A stretch of 64,000 nt of DNA from positions 1-64,000 of the IMG/VR virus record IMGVR_UViG_3300042519_001676; one strand, written 5' to 3'. Shown here piece by piece: positions 30,184-39,664 of this stretch. Within the stretch, counting starts at the first letter, position 1, and every line of letters begins with the position of its first letter. The notes below the pieces were generated by a model, which saw nothing but the letters and a program-made list of their open reading frames with translations, was not told where the DNA came from and ran no database searches. The stretch is from a virus. Both the position numbers and the translations under genes were made by a program.

Positions 30184-30846
30184 TTATTGAGCGAGTTCTG
30201 CCAACATGTGATAATGTAGATCGTACATTTCTAGGCCGTTGTGCTTGCCGTCAAAAATTCTATAGGGCTCGCCGCGGTACCCTGAAAACTTGTGTTCAGT
30301 TACTACATAGCCTTGTTCATTTAAGAAATTTACCACTTCTTCATATTTGACTTCATCAAAATACATGTGAAAATGGAACTCAATTGCTAGTGTAGGTTTA
30401 AACTTTTGAATAAATTCTTTGCCGCCTAGTATGACATCTAAGTCACTGCCTTCGGTGTCAATTTTTACAAGAATATTGTCACCAACTTTTGCTTCGTCAG
30501 ATAGACTATCAAGAGTTATTGTCCTGATTCCTTCTTCTGTGCGGTCAATATTTTCGTATAAGTCTTTACCAAATACCGTAAATTGTCCCGAATCTGCAGA
30601 AGGGGTAGAAATTGATTTTACCTGATCTAACTCATTTGAACAGATATTTTTTAAGAATTTTACCTTGTTCTGTTGATCATTTATTTTGATTTTTGCAGCA
30701 TCCAGTGCTTCAGTTGATGGCTCAACAAAGATAATTTTAGAATAGTCGTTGTATAACTGCGACGACCACATACCTACGTTCCCACCAATATCGATGAATA
30801 AATCACCTTGGAAATCGTATTCAAATGATTCAATTTTTTTTAACAT
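30184..30846 (-). CDS. FkbM family methyltransferase
   Basis: FIDIGGNVG, VEP, TLDSL, KIDTEGSDLDVILG, IEFH. Confidence 0.9.
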   Translation of the reverse strand: MLKKIESFEYDFQGDLFIDIGGNVGMWSSQLYNDYSKIIFVEPSTEALDAAKIKINDQQNKVKFLKNICSNELDQVKSISTPSADSGQFTVFGKDLYENIDRTEEGIRTITLDSLSDEAKVGDNILVKIDTEGSDLDVILGGKEFIQKFKPTLAIEFHFHMYFDEVKYEEVVNFLNEQGYVVTEHKFSGYRGEPYRIFDGKHNGLEMYDLHYHMLAELAQ

Positions 30847-30895
30847 TGCAACCTCATTAGCTAATCAATTAATTATCTATTAAGGTTGCTGTGAC

Positions 30896-32836
30896 TTAAA
30901 TTCTTGAAAGACCTGCTAGTTTTTTAATAGCTTCGAACTGCATTGTGGCTTCTTGTTGACTACGCATTGCTTCAGTTTTGGCCTGCATTTCTTCAACATA
31001 CTTCTCTACAAGTTTGCCAACATGATCGCCAAATTGCTTGCCAGCCATAATGCCTAACTCAGTAGGACCTTTACGCCACTCGCCTAAACCCTGTTCTTGG
31101 GCGTGTTTATTATAGAAAGGTTTGATAAATTCTACAATTTCTTTCATTGACGGGCTACGACCTTCTGGCTTGCTTTCTTGATTTTCCATGTCTTCACCTT
31201 CTTCAGGCGTGTTATCCATGTTTCTCAATTCTGATAATGTATCACCTACAAAGTCTTCGTCATAGCTGATCATGTGACGTGCATGTTTTGGACTCATGTC
31301 AAGATGTTTAACTAATATCATGCCAATAGCACTGATCAATTCGTTTTCTTTTGCAGAATCGTATTTGATACCTTTATCAAAAAGAATTTTAGCAACCTGA
31401 TAGCTTGTGCGATCTTCTGGGGCTTCCGCAACAGGTTGATCGACTGGCATTTCTGCAGGAGGTGCGGCTGGAGGCATTTCTGCAGGTGCAGGTGCAGGTT
31501 CAGCCGGCTGCTCTCCGCTTAGTTCTTGTGCAGCTTCTGGATCATCTTTCATCAGCCAAGATAAAATTGTGCCTTTAGGATCACCCTCTGGGTTTAATTG
31601 TGCGGCTGCTGTTAGTGCATTCTCTAGTGCATCATTAAACACTCCAATACCTTGCAGTGCTTCAATAGCACCGGTTGCATCTGGGCCGCCAAATGTTAAA
31701 CCGTTGTCTAATAGATCTTTCAATGCCATAATAGTGTCAGGCTCTAGTGTACCTTCAGATACAGAGGTTGCCCAAGACTCAAATGCAGCAAAGTCATCAA
31801 CTGGCATTGTTTCTTCACTAATATCTTCTTCAACTTCACCAAAACTTTCAAGATCAATTTCACTTGTTTCTTGCATAATTTTGTGGATCAGTGGAAAGTA
31901 TTGTGCCAAGTCTTCTTTGAAATTCTTAACTGTAAACTTACTCTTGTAGTCTTCCATAGTGGCTTGATCTAACACAAAGCCGTCATCTTCATTAGATGGT
32001 TGAAGAGATTCTACCCATGATTCATAAAATTTCTGTCCGCCAAGTCCTTCGATTACTTTACGAATTTGTTCAAGTTTTACTTGACTGCGTTCAAGAATTT
32101 CATTTACTTCTTGATTCATGCCGTCGTGGTGTCCTACATGTCTTTTAAATGCAACTAGCTGACTTACTTTTTCGCTTAGAGAAATAATTTCTTTGCCTGC
32201 ATCGTCGTACGGTCTGCCACCATTTGATACATGACGTTGCATTGCTTTAGCACCAGCCAAGTGGATGAAAGGATACTTAAAACGTTCACCGTCGGAGTTT
32301 TCAATATATAAGGAATTAATATTTCTACTTCTTGCACCCTTCTGTGTTTCGTCAACTACTTTAGAGTGACGTACAATCAGTCTAGTGTTTTCTAGTTTTC
32401 TCATGCTGGTCTTTGGACCTCTACCAATCATTGCAGACTCGTTCATATTGTTTTCCTTCGTTCCTGTTTGTGCAAGATATTGAAAATCATTCTTGTTTAA
32501 ATTGCTTTTTGTAATGTCTCTAGTGTCAAATCGTAGCATTCTACGTTTGGCAAAATAACGCATTTCTCTTAAAAATTCATACCACTCATTAAGAGTAATA
32601 GTGTCTACGTCCTCAGTAATACCTTGACTATAGAAAACTTTTAAGCTGCCTAAATCGTTAATTGAAACACTAACACGACCTAAATTGTTGCCTTCAATGA
32701 CAAAATCAAAGTCAAAAAATCGTGCATCTTTCGGTGCGGTGGTTATTGTGCCCTCGGCGTCACCCATCTCAACATTAGTGAAACGGCCGCGTACTTTGTC
32801 AAAGACGTCTTGTGCAATAAATTCGATGATATTCAT
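30896..32836 (-). CDS. conserved hypothetical (probable head/internal) protein
   Basis: Start moved to ATG 32836, 7 nt after TAAATA; ends IKKLAGL, acidic, follows terminase. Confidence 0.75.
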   Translation of the reverse strand: MNIIEFIAQDVFDKVRGRFTNVEMGDAEGTITTAPKDARFFDFDFVIEGNNLGRVSVSINDLGSLKVFYSQGITEDVDTITLNEWYEFLREMRYFAKRRMLRFDTRDITKSNLNKNDFQYLAQTGTKENNMNESAMIGRGPKTSMRKLENTRLIVRHSKVVDETQKGARSRNINSLYIENSDGERFKYPFIHLAGAKAMQRHVSNGGRPYDDAGKEIISLSEKVSQLVAFKRHVGHHDGMNQEVNEILERSQVKLEQIRKVIEGLGGQKFYESWVESLQPSNEDDGFVLDQATMEDYKSKFTVKNFKEDLAQYFPLIHKIMQETSEIDLESFGEVEEDISEETMPVDDFAAFESWATSVSEGTLEPDTIMALKDLLDNGLTFGGPDATGAIEALQGIGVFNDALENALTAAAQLNPEGDPKGTILSWLMKDDPEAAQELSGEQPAEPAPAPAEMPPAAPPAEMPVDQPVAEAPEDRTSYQVAKILFDKGIKYDSAKENELISAIGMILVKHLDMSPKHARHMISYDEDFVGDTLSELRNMDNTPEEGEDMENQESKPEGRSPSMKEIVEFIKPFYNKHAQEQGLGEWRKGPTELGIMAGKQFGDHVGKLVEKYVEEMQAKTEAMRSQQEATMQFEAIKKLAGLSRI

Positions 32837-32849
32837 ATTAGCGTATTTA

Positions 32850-34436
32850 TTAATAATGTGATACAAATATCGGCATGGGCAGATCAATATCGTCCATTGC
32901 CCTATCTTCTACCATTCGATCGTACACTGTAGGATCCCAATCACCTAACTGGCTGATCATCCGTACTGCTAGTAGCGTAGAAGATACTAGATCGTCGTGT
33001 TCATTGGTTTTTGCTTCAAAACTAATGCCTTTTGCAATATAAGTTTTAAGCTCACTGATTAGGGCTTTACTTTTAATTTTTAAACGTTTTTGTTCAATTA
33101 ACTGCTTGAGCTTTGCACACGCGGATATTTTGCTTACATTTGTAGTGTTAAAACCTCTGCGGAATCGTCTCACGTGCCCTTTCTTAATGGGCTCGCTCAT
33201 AAACATTCCGGGTATAGTTTCTTCGCCCATTTCGTTAATTGCAACTAGAGCAGCTTCTCCAACAGTATTGTTTTCTACTGAGTAATAGATCTGGCCTCTA
33301 TTTTCGCTCTTTGAGCATTCATTATCGATGTGCTTGCAAATATCTCGCATGATTCTAACCTGCTGTTGAACTGGAGTAGTATTGTGATTCCACTCGCCTA
33401 CTTGTTCAAAGCTAGGTACTTCAAATATCTGAAGTGCTGCATAATCCCCGCCCGTGCCCAGGCTTGGATCAAGAGACACAACATATATACTGTTAGGATC
33501 TATCTTCTTGTACCACCTTACCTGACCCATTTTCATGATCGGGTCAACACCTTCTAGATCAGATAATGTAATACTATTAATCAGAGTTTCGTCAAAAATC
33601 AAGAATTCGCAATCGTGTTCTCGACGGAATCTCTCCTCACCAATACGGGATTTTTCAGTGTCAGCCCACTCTTGGTCTCTGTCTGGATGCTCTCTCCAAA
33701 ATGCTCTAAAGGGGAAGAATCCGTTACGACCAACTTCTTGTTCGTTCCCGTATTCGTCAAATTTCTTGTTTGCTTCTTTCCAGATCTGTGCAAACTGATC
33801 TTCGTCACTGTTTGGCGTAGAAGTAATAATCGCCTTACCACCAGTAGCTAGTGTAGGGCTAATAGACGTCCAGAATTCTGTAGCAATGTTAGGTTCAACG
33901 AATGCAAACTCATCAGCGTATAGTAAGGACAAAGATAAACCTCGACCAGTAGTCGGAGTAGTTGTCTGTGCAATAATACGTGAACCGTTGTCAAATTCAA
34001 TGCTCTGTTTATTGTAACTCTTTACACCGCAACGAATATGATCGGGACATAATTCGTATGCATAACGAATACGCGACATAATTTCCTGGGCACCTGTATA
34101 CTTGTGAGCTGCAACTAAGATAGTTGAATCAGGAATAAACATAGCGTACCATAACAGGTAGCCCGCCGCGGTAGTAGTTTTACCTGTTTGACGTGGTAGT
34201 AAATTTACATTAAATCGATGATCGTGATAACTGTCGATTAATCTTATCTGATATTCGAACGGTACATACTTCATCTTACCCTTAACTGGATGTTGGATGT
34301 AGAAGAAATTATCAAGAAAATAATGAGGGCCAATTACTGAATCAGTACATTTCATTAAATCTTCGATGTCCTGTTCTGTCCATTTCTGTGTAGAATAGGG
34401 CTTCTTGATTAAGTTATCGTATTTGTTAGCTGACAT
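32850..34436 (-). CDS. 17: terminase large subunit (gp17)
   Basis: PRQTGKTT, LLYADEFAF, ITSTPN, LDPSLGTGGDY, HDDLV. Confidence 0.96.
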   Translation of the reverse strand: MSANKYDNLIKKPYSTQKWTEQDIEDLMKCTDSVIGPHYFLDNFFYIQHPVKGKMKYVPFEYQIRLIDSYHDHRFNVNLLPRQTGKTTTAAGYLLWYAMFIPDSTILVAAHKYTGAQEIMSRIRYAYELCPDHIRCGVKSYNKQSIEFDNGSRIIAQTTTPTTGRGLSLSLLYADEFAFVEPNIATEFWTSISPTLATGGKAIITSTPNSDEDQFAQIWKEANKKFDEYGNEQEVGRNGFFPFRAFWREHPDRDQEWADTEKSRIGEERFRREHDCEFLIFDETLINSITLSDLEGVDPIMKMGQVRWYKKIDPNSIYVVSLDPSLGTGGDYAALQIFEVPSFEQVGEWNHNTTPVQQQVRIMRDICKHIDNECSKSENRGQIYYSVENNTVGEAALVAINEMGEETIPGMFMSEPIKKGHVRRFRRGFNTTNVSKISACAKLKQLIEQKRLKIKSKALISELKTYIAKGISFEAKTNEHDDLVSSTLLAVRMISQLGDWDPTVYDRMVEDRAMDDIDLPMPIFVSHY

Positions 34437-34450
34437 GTGAATATTTACCG

Positions 34451-34478
34451 AAAAAAATAGCCTCCTAAGAGGCTATTT
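34451..34478 (-). terminator. rho-independent terminator
   Basis: AATAGCCTC/GAGGCTATT stem followed by a T-run on the minus strand. Confidence 0.8.
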
Positions 34479-34494
34479 GGTTAATCCAAATGGA

Positions 34495-35484
34495 TTACTT
34501 TCTTGGGCTAGAGAAAACTTTAGCACCAACCCTTTCGTTTCGTTTGTCGTTAGCTTCTTTATTAGCGGCCTTGCCGGGCTCTTTTGACTTACGGATAAAC
34601 GCAGGAACGTCTTCAGGTTTCGGACCTTCTGCAACAAACTTTCTATAATCATCCATTAGCTTAGATTCAAATGCAGCCACCGGGCTAGCAGTCTCTTCCT
34701 TCTTTTTTGCGTTCGGATCGGGCATTGGATTAGAACCACTGTTCGGCGGAGTATAATCAAAATCACGAACTTTGTTTACTACATGTGCAAAGTCGTTAGG
34801 GTTATAATCGCGTGTCTTTGGATCAGGTGTATTATCATACCCTTCGTCTTCTGGCTTTCCGTTATCACGTGCATTTAACTTGTCAGTTGTGCTGCCTTTA
34901 ATAGGTTCGTCGCTAGTAACCTTAACTGGCATATCTGTGGAGATTTTTACTGGTTGCCCTGTGCGAATCTTTTTAATAATGTCAGCTAATTCGTCTGCAC
35001 CGCTATCGTCTATGTTTGCAGGAGGCTCAGCAGTTAATGGGCCATCATCTGGTTGCTCAAGATCGTGATCCGTCATATCATGATCACCATCCATGTCAAC
35101 ATCGCCCAATGCTTTCATCATAGGATCCATTCCTGGCATACCCATTGTAGCACTAGGAGTATCAGTTTTAGCCAGATCCATAATGCCACGCATCATAGAA
35201 ACAATTTCTTGTGCATTGCCAGCACTCATGTTAATACTAGCTGGCATCTGAGGTGCCATATTCATTGGAGACCCCATGCCCATCATACCGCATTCTGCAA
35301 GTGCAGACTCATTAAGTTGTTTCTTAAAACCGCTTAATGCTCTTAGCTCGGACATATCTGGCTCAGGTAGATTCAATTCTACTTCTTTGCTTTCTGTTAA
35401 GACTGCTGGCTTTTCAACTAGTGCAGGCTGTGCGTTGCTGCCGTTTAGGCTAGACAATTTTTTAAGTATGTTTAACATTTCCAT
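34495..35484 (-). CDS. acidic low-complexity protein, probable head internal/scaffold-type
   Basis: Start 35484 with AAGGAA RBS; LTES/LNES/FES motifs resemble T4 gp21 cleavage contexts. Confidence 0.7.
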   Translation of the reverse strand: MEMLNILKKLSSLNGSNAQPALVEKPAVLTESKEVELNLPEPDMSELRALSGFKKQLNESALAECGMMGMGSPMNMAPQMPASINMSAGNAQEIVSMMRGIMDLAKTDTPSATMGMPGMDPMMKALGDVDMDGDHDMTDHDLEQPDDGPLTAEPPANIDDSGADELADIIKKIRTGQPVKISTDMPVKVTSDEPIKGSTTDKLNARDNGKPEDEGYDNTPDPKTRDYNPNDFAHVVNKVRDFDYTPPNSGSNPMPDPNAKKKEETASPVAAFESKLMDDYRKFVAEGPKPEDVPAFIRKSKEPGKAANKEANDKRNERVGAKVFSSPRK

Positions 35485-35497
35485 ATTCGTATTTCCT

Positions 35498-36016
35498 TTA
35501 TTGACCCGAAGTAGGGATCTGTTCCCCACGCTCTTTGCGTCTAGCTGCGGCATCTGCATTTAACTGTTTCAAAAATGATGTATTATATTTTTCACCGTAG
35601 TAATCATCAAACTTTGCATTAGGCAATTCTTTGTACTCACTATCTGTTAGTAACGCACCTTCTCTCTTTTCTACGGGTTCTTGATATTCTTCCGACGGCT
35701 CTAATGGGCTACGTACTACCATGTAGTTTTCGTTAATGCCTAATTCTGCTGTCAGATATTTGTGTAATTCATTTGCAGTAGTTGGGTAATTAAGAGAGAT
35801 TTCGTAGATACTAACTTCTGCATTTTTAATTTTTGGAAAGTCTAGTGGTAATTGCTGGATAGGAGTTTTGCCTTTTTTGCTAAACTCAGCTACGCTGAAA
35901 CGTTCTAATAAACCCTTCATCTTTGCTTCTGATTCAGAGGTGCATTCTTGTGCGACTTTAATTTTAAAATCGTATTTTTTTACAGACTCTGTAAGATATT
36001 CTTTAAATGATCTCAT
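35498..36016 (-). CDS. conserved hypothetical virion protein
   Basis: MRSFKEYLTES N-terminus, typical of T4-like capsid-targeted proteins. Confidence 0.8.
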   Translation of the reverse strand: MRSFKEYLTESVKKYDFKIKVAQECTSESEAKMKGLLERFSVAEFSKKGKTPIQQLPLDFPKIKNAEVSIYEISLNYPTTANELHKYLTAELGINENYMVVRSPLEPSEEYQEPVEKREGALLTDSEYKELPNAKFDDYYGEKYNTSFLKQLNADAAARRKERGEQIPTSGQ

Positions 36017-36032
36017 GGTGATTTCCTATGCT

Positions 36033-36500
36033 TTATTTATCCAGATTTTTAAGTTTTGCAATGAGGCTGTTACGGTCTGTAATCAGCACTCCTTCAGCTT
36101 GTACTGACTCAGGATTTGCATTACCTTCTTTTTTATCTACAGCATATTTTTTTAGCTGTAATTCTACCATTTTTAACTTTTTATCAATTTTTGCACTTTT
36201 GGCAGTGATTGCGGCATTTAGCATATTGCCTGCAACTTCAAACATGCGGGCACCGTAACGTGCTTCGACGTTCATACCTAGATCCATTAGATCGTCGTAG
36301 GCTTTTTCAGCTTTGTTTGCTAGTGCATCTAATTCACTATCGCTAATGTCGCCAAGTCCTTTAACACGAGGTAAGGCTGCTGAAATTTTGTCAAATTCTT
36401 CTAGTTTTTCTTGTAAGGAAATTGTTATAGGTTCGGCAGGAATAACTACTTCCTCGTTATCTTGCGGCAAATTAAAAAGTTCTTCAAGTTTCTTTGTCAT
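36033..36500 (-). CDS. 16: terminase small subunit (gp16-like)
   Basis: ARMFEVAGNML...LKMVELQLKK resembles gp16 PRAYEVAGQL...; position upstream of gp17. Confidence 0.65.
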   Translation of the reverse strand: MTKKLEELFNLPQDNEEVVIPAEPITISLQEKLEEFDKISAALPRVKGLGDISDSELDALANKAEKAYDDLMDLGMNVEARYGARMFEVAGNMLNAAITAKSAKIDKKLKMVELQLKKYAVDKKEGNANPESVQAEGVLITDRNSLIAKLKNLDK

Positions 36501-36508
36501 AATATTAC

Positions 36509-36949
36509 TTATCGCTTTTTACTGCCATTATGGAAAATATCACGCTCGCTTACTACTCTAAACTGTATTCCACGGGCTTTACACCATGCACTGGCTGCTT
36601 CCCATTTTGCCATATTTTTTACATAAGCTGCTTGATTATGGGGGTTCTTGCCCACAGATTCTTTTACTGCTTGATTGTTGGGTTTAATTTCTATCATTTC
36701 CGCATGACGTTTTTGATTCTTATCCGAATAGACGATTAAAAAATCCGGAACGTATACTGTATTCTTTCCGGTGAGCGGATCTCTATAAGGAATCTTAACA
36801 GCTTCACTAGCCCACTGCTCTATTGCAGGGTTGTTGTCGCAGAACAGCATAAACGTATGTTCCCAACTTGATCTATAAACAGGATCATGTTGCCCCACAA
36901 ATTTTTCAGGATTTTTGGGAATGTATCGACCTTTAGCTGTGTTTCTCAT
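36509..36949 (-). CDS. 4: head completion nuclease (gp4, TnsA-like)
   Basis: YRSSWE, WASE, YVPDF, IEIKP, KWEAA motifs. Confidence 0.9.
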   Translation of the reverse strand: MRNTAKGRYIPKNPEKFVGQHDPVYRSSWEHTFMLFCDNNPAIEQWASEAVKIPYRDPLTGKNTVYVPDFLIVYSDKNQKRHAEMIEIKPNNQAVKESVGKNPHNQAAYVKNMAKWEAASAWCKARGIQFRVVSERDIFHNGSKKR

Positions 36950-37320
36950 TAGGGTAAAATGTTACGTTTAACCACTTCAACGGGTGTAATGTTTTGTGTT
37001 GTGCCCAATACACTGGTCTTAAATCTATTGAAATTTAATATTTCCGATACTAACTGGCTCAGCTCAACATTTCCTAAATTTTTCATAGAATCGAGAACGT
37101 TCATCGGATTAAAGCTGTCACGCTTGGCCTGCATCATAATTGTTATGGCAATATTTTCTGCAGATTCGTCGCTGAATCCTTTGTTAGACAATAGCCCTTT
37201 CATTGCGGTCAACGTGTCGTTATGTAATTGAACAGGTAAATCATTATATTGATTTAAGTTCTTGTTTGATAAATCACTTGCAGACCTTGCTGCTTGTTTA
37301 GGTGGTATATTGGTATACAT
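36949..37320 (-). CDS. hypothetical protein
   Basis: TAATG coupling on both sides. Confidence 0.75.
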   Translation of the reverse strand: MYTNIPPKQAARSASDLSNKNLNQYNDLPVQLHNDTLTAMKGLLSNKGFSDESAENIAITIMMQAKRDSFNPMNVLDSMKNLGNVELSQLVSEILNFNRFKTSVLGTTQNITPVEVVKRNILP

Positions 37321-38936
37321 TATGCAAAATATGTAGTTGTTGAATCGTCGTCATCTTCTTGGACTTCGTATACTTCTGCTTCTGAAACATCTATGTCTTC
37401 TGTGTCTGAGAATCGAGTTTCGGCATTTAGCCTTTCAGTTTCGAACGGATCGTCGGCACCTATTGTTTCATCTGAATTTTCAGAAGCTTCTGCCTCTGCT
37501 AGTAATGTTTCTAATTCTGCATCTTCTAAAGCAATAGTGTTTAAACTTGATGTTAATTTATCAGGATCTGTGTAGCCAAGCTCATCAAATTCTGCATAGA
37601 TTGCTTCTACTGCTTCAGGGTCCCCGTCTGCTGCTGCAATCCTTGCATCTAGTTCGCCTTTTAAACTGCGACTTTGTGCAATCTGTGCGGAAATATCTGA
37701 GGCCAATGCTGCTTTTTCTGCACGAGCAGTTGCAATTGCGGCAGATGTGCCGGCAGCACTAGACGGCAACAATCCTTTGATTGCGTTTCCGATCTTATCA
37801 GTTAATCCGCCAACTGCTCCGCCGATGCCTGCCGCTAATCCGCCTAAATTAAAGCCACCGCCACCGGCCTGCTGCGACCTAGGTACTGCGGTAGTAGGCA
37901 TCTCTCCTGGTAATGTTGCTAGAGAAAGTCCAGCAGGACTTTTTCCAGTTAACACATCAGGTAACTTTCCAGTTCTTGCAACTTTGTCTAAAATTCCGTA
38001 ACCTTCTGATAAGATACTTGCCTTGGAGATATTCTTAGCATTGTTAAAAATTGCAGCGGCACCTCTTGCAGTTTTGAATAATCCTAACGGACTTGCATCA
38101 CCTGCACCGCCAAATATTTCTCCAATTCCGGGGATAATGCCGCCTGGCCCTAATATACTATTGTTGCCGCCGCCAAAAATACTCAATGGGCCGGGAGTTG
38201 TATCGTAATGTATAGTAGCAAACCCAGTAGGGCTATCTCTTTTAATTTGCCCAGTTCCGTACAGTACTGTTTCAAATTGCACAGTCATATTATTTTCTAA
38301 CAATTTACTCTGTGTTTGATCTAGTTTATCGTGACTGAAATCTGTAATAATAGGATTGACTAGTACAAACGCTGTAAACTGTTTTCTATTGAGCTGATAA
38401 ATTTCAATAGATCTAAAGAAAGGATCTGTTTGCCCATTGTTTAGACCAAACGCTGTGCTTTCGTTAACATTGGTTCCTATCTTTTTATATTTTGTATCTG
38501 CAAATCCTGGGGCAATGGTCAATGCAGAAGTGTTCTTTCCGTCAACAAAATAATAGTTGTAATAGGCTTTCCACATACCAGTAGTGGTGTTATTGTGATC
38601 ATCATGAAACGCCATAGCCACTGGTTGATATTCAATTTTACTCTGTACAATAGCTTTTCTATTGTACTGATTAATTGTTTCTGTAGCAATTCTGTATTTA
38701 GGTAGGTCGATATTTTTTACCAGCAAACCTAACTCAGCACCGTTCTTTGTTAAAAACTGTTCAGTGATAGGATTGTTATTTCTGTTGATGTTAAACACAA
38801 CATAATACATGAACCCAGACTTGGGTGCTAGTCTAAAATAGTCATCAACATACAATCTACTCGCATGTTGGTAGTCTTTAACCTGCGTAGTGGTCGTAAG
38901 TGCTTGACCTAGAAAATTAGTGAATGCATTTGCCAT
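37320..38936 (-). CDS. tail-tube-fold baseplate protein (gp54/gp48-like) with acidic extension
   Basis: VKNIDLP...YQPVAMAFHDD tube-fold pattern; next to tail tube. Confidence 0.65.
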   Translation of the reverse strand: MANAFTNFLGQALTTTTQVKDYQHASRLYVDDYFRLAPKSGFMYYVVFNINRNNNPITEQFLTKNGAELGLLVKNIDLPKYRIATETINQYNRKAIVQSKIEYQPVAMAFHDDHNNTTTGMWKAYYNYYFVDGKNTSALTIAPGFADTKYKKIGTNVNESTAFGLNNGQTDPFFRSIEIYQLNRKQFTAFVLVNPIITDFSHDKLDQTQSKLLENNMTVQFETVLYGTGQIKRDSPTGFATIHYDTTPGPLSIFGGGNNSILGPGGIIPGIGEIFGGAGDASPLGLFKTARGAAAIFNNAKNISKASILSEGYGILDKVARTGKLPDVLTGKSPAGLSLATLPGEMPTTAVPRSQQAGGGGFNLGGLAAGIGGAVGGLTDKIGNAIKGLLPSSAAGTSAAIATARAEKAALASDISAQIAQSRSLKGELDARIAAADGDPEAVEAIYAEFDELGYTDPDKLTSSLNTIALEDAELETLLAEAEASENSDETIGADDPFETERLNAETRFSDTEDIDVSEAEVYEVQEDDDDSTTTYFA

Positions 38937-38952
38937 AGTAATATTTAGCCGT

Positions 38953-38975
38953 AAAAAAAGGCCCCCTAAAGGGCC
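38953..38975 (-). terminator. rho-independent terminator after tail tube
   Basis: GGCCC/GGGCC stem then T7 on the minus strand. Confidence 0.75.
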
Positions 38976-38993
38976 AATCTTTGAACAGGTTAA

Positions 38994-39632
38994 TTAACCT
39001 GTTGCTAAGGAAGATAATGTTCTTCCTACAGTAGCTCCTAAGCCAACTGGTTGACCTGAAGGTCCGATCTGTAGTGCGTTATCGTATTGGATTGTAAGTG
39101 CAATCTCCATCGGAGCACTCTCAGCATATGCCAATTCGTTATAGTTTACTGACTGCAAATAGCAACCATAAACTTCCCATGTTTCTAATACGTTAGCTGC
39201 CCAATTTGCATTGTCGCCATTGCCGCCGTCAAGCATCTCAATACGAGTTAAGAACTTGTATTCAGCACCTGCTGCTGCACTTGCTTGTTCAAAGAAATCA
39301 AACTGCTTCTGTAGTTGTTCGCCAACTAACTTAGTAACGTTGCCTTGAGCATCGTCGCGAAGAGTCAAGTTCATTGGTTGCCATGTGTGCTTACCGGCAT
39401 AGTTAATCTGGCTGTTATACACGTGAATTGTTTGATTTTCAAACTGAACTTGCGGTCTAGCTGCCGTTACAACTTGCTTGGTTAGCTCAGTGGTAGGTTT
39501 TGTAACACCAAAATTTTCTAGTGATACACGGAAGCGATACTTCAACTTCGGCATCAATAGACCTTGAACGGTACTACTTTGTCCACCACCTGCTAGTGGA
39601 ACTGTGAATCTGCTTAAACTTGCGATTGCCAT
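38994..39632 (-). CDS. 19: tail tube protein (gp19-like)
   Basis: YAGKHTWQPMNLTLRDD; directly downstream of sheath; AGGAG RBS. Confidence 0.88.
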   Translation of the reverse strand: MAIASLSRFTVPLAGGGQSSTVQGLLMPKLKYRFRVSLENFGVTKPTTELTKQVVTAARPQVQFENQTIHVYNSQINYAGKHTWQPMNLTLRDDAQGNVTKLVGEQLQKQFDFFEQASAAAGAEYKFLTRIEMLDGGNGDNANWAANVLETWEVYGCYLQSVNYNELAYAESAPMEIALTIQYDNALQIGPSGQPVGLGATVGRTLSSLATG

Positions 39633-39664
39633 CTTATGTGCTCCTTGTCCTTAATATTTACCAA

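Noticed and set aside
18027-34436. Introns or inteins in helicase, UvsW, UvsX or terminase
   Set aside because: All are uninterrupted and of ordinary length.
36509-36949. Tn7 TnsA transposase
   Set aside because: Motifs and position match T4 gp4 head completion protein; no other Tn7 genes.
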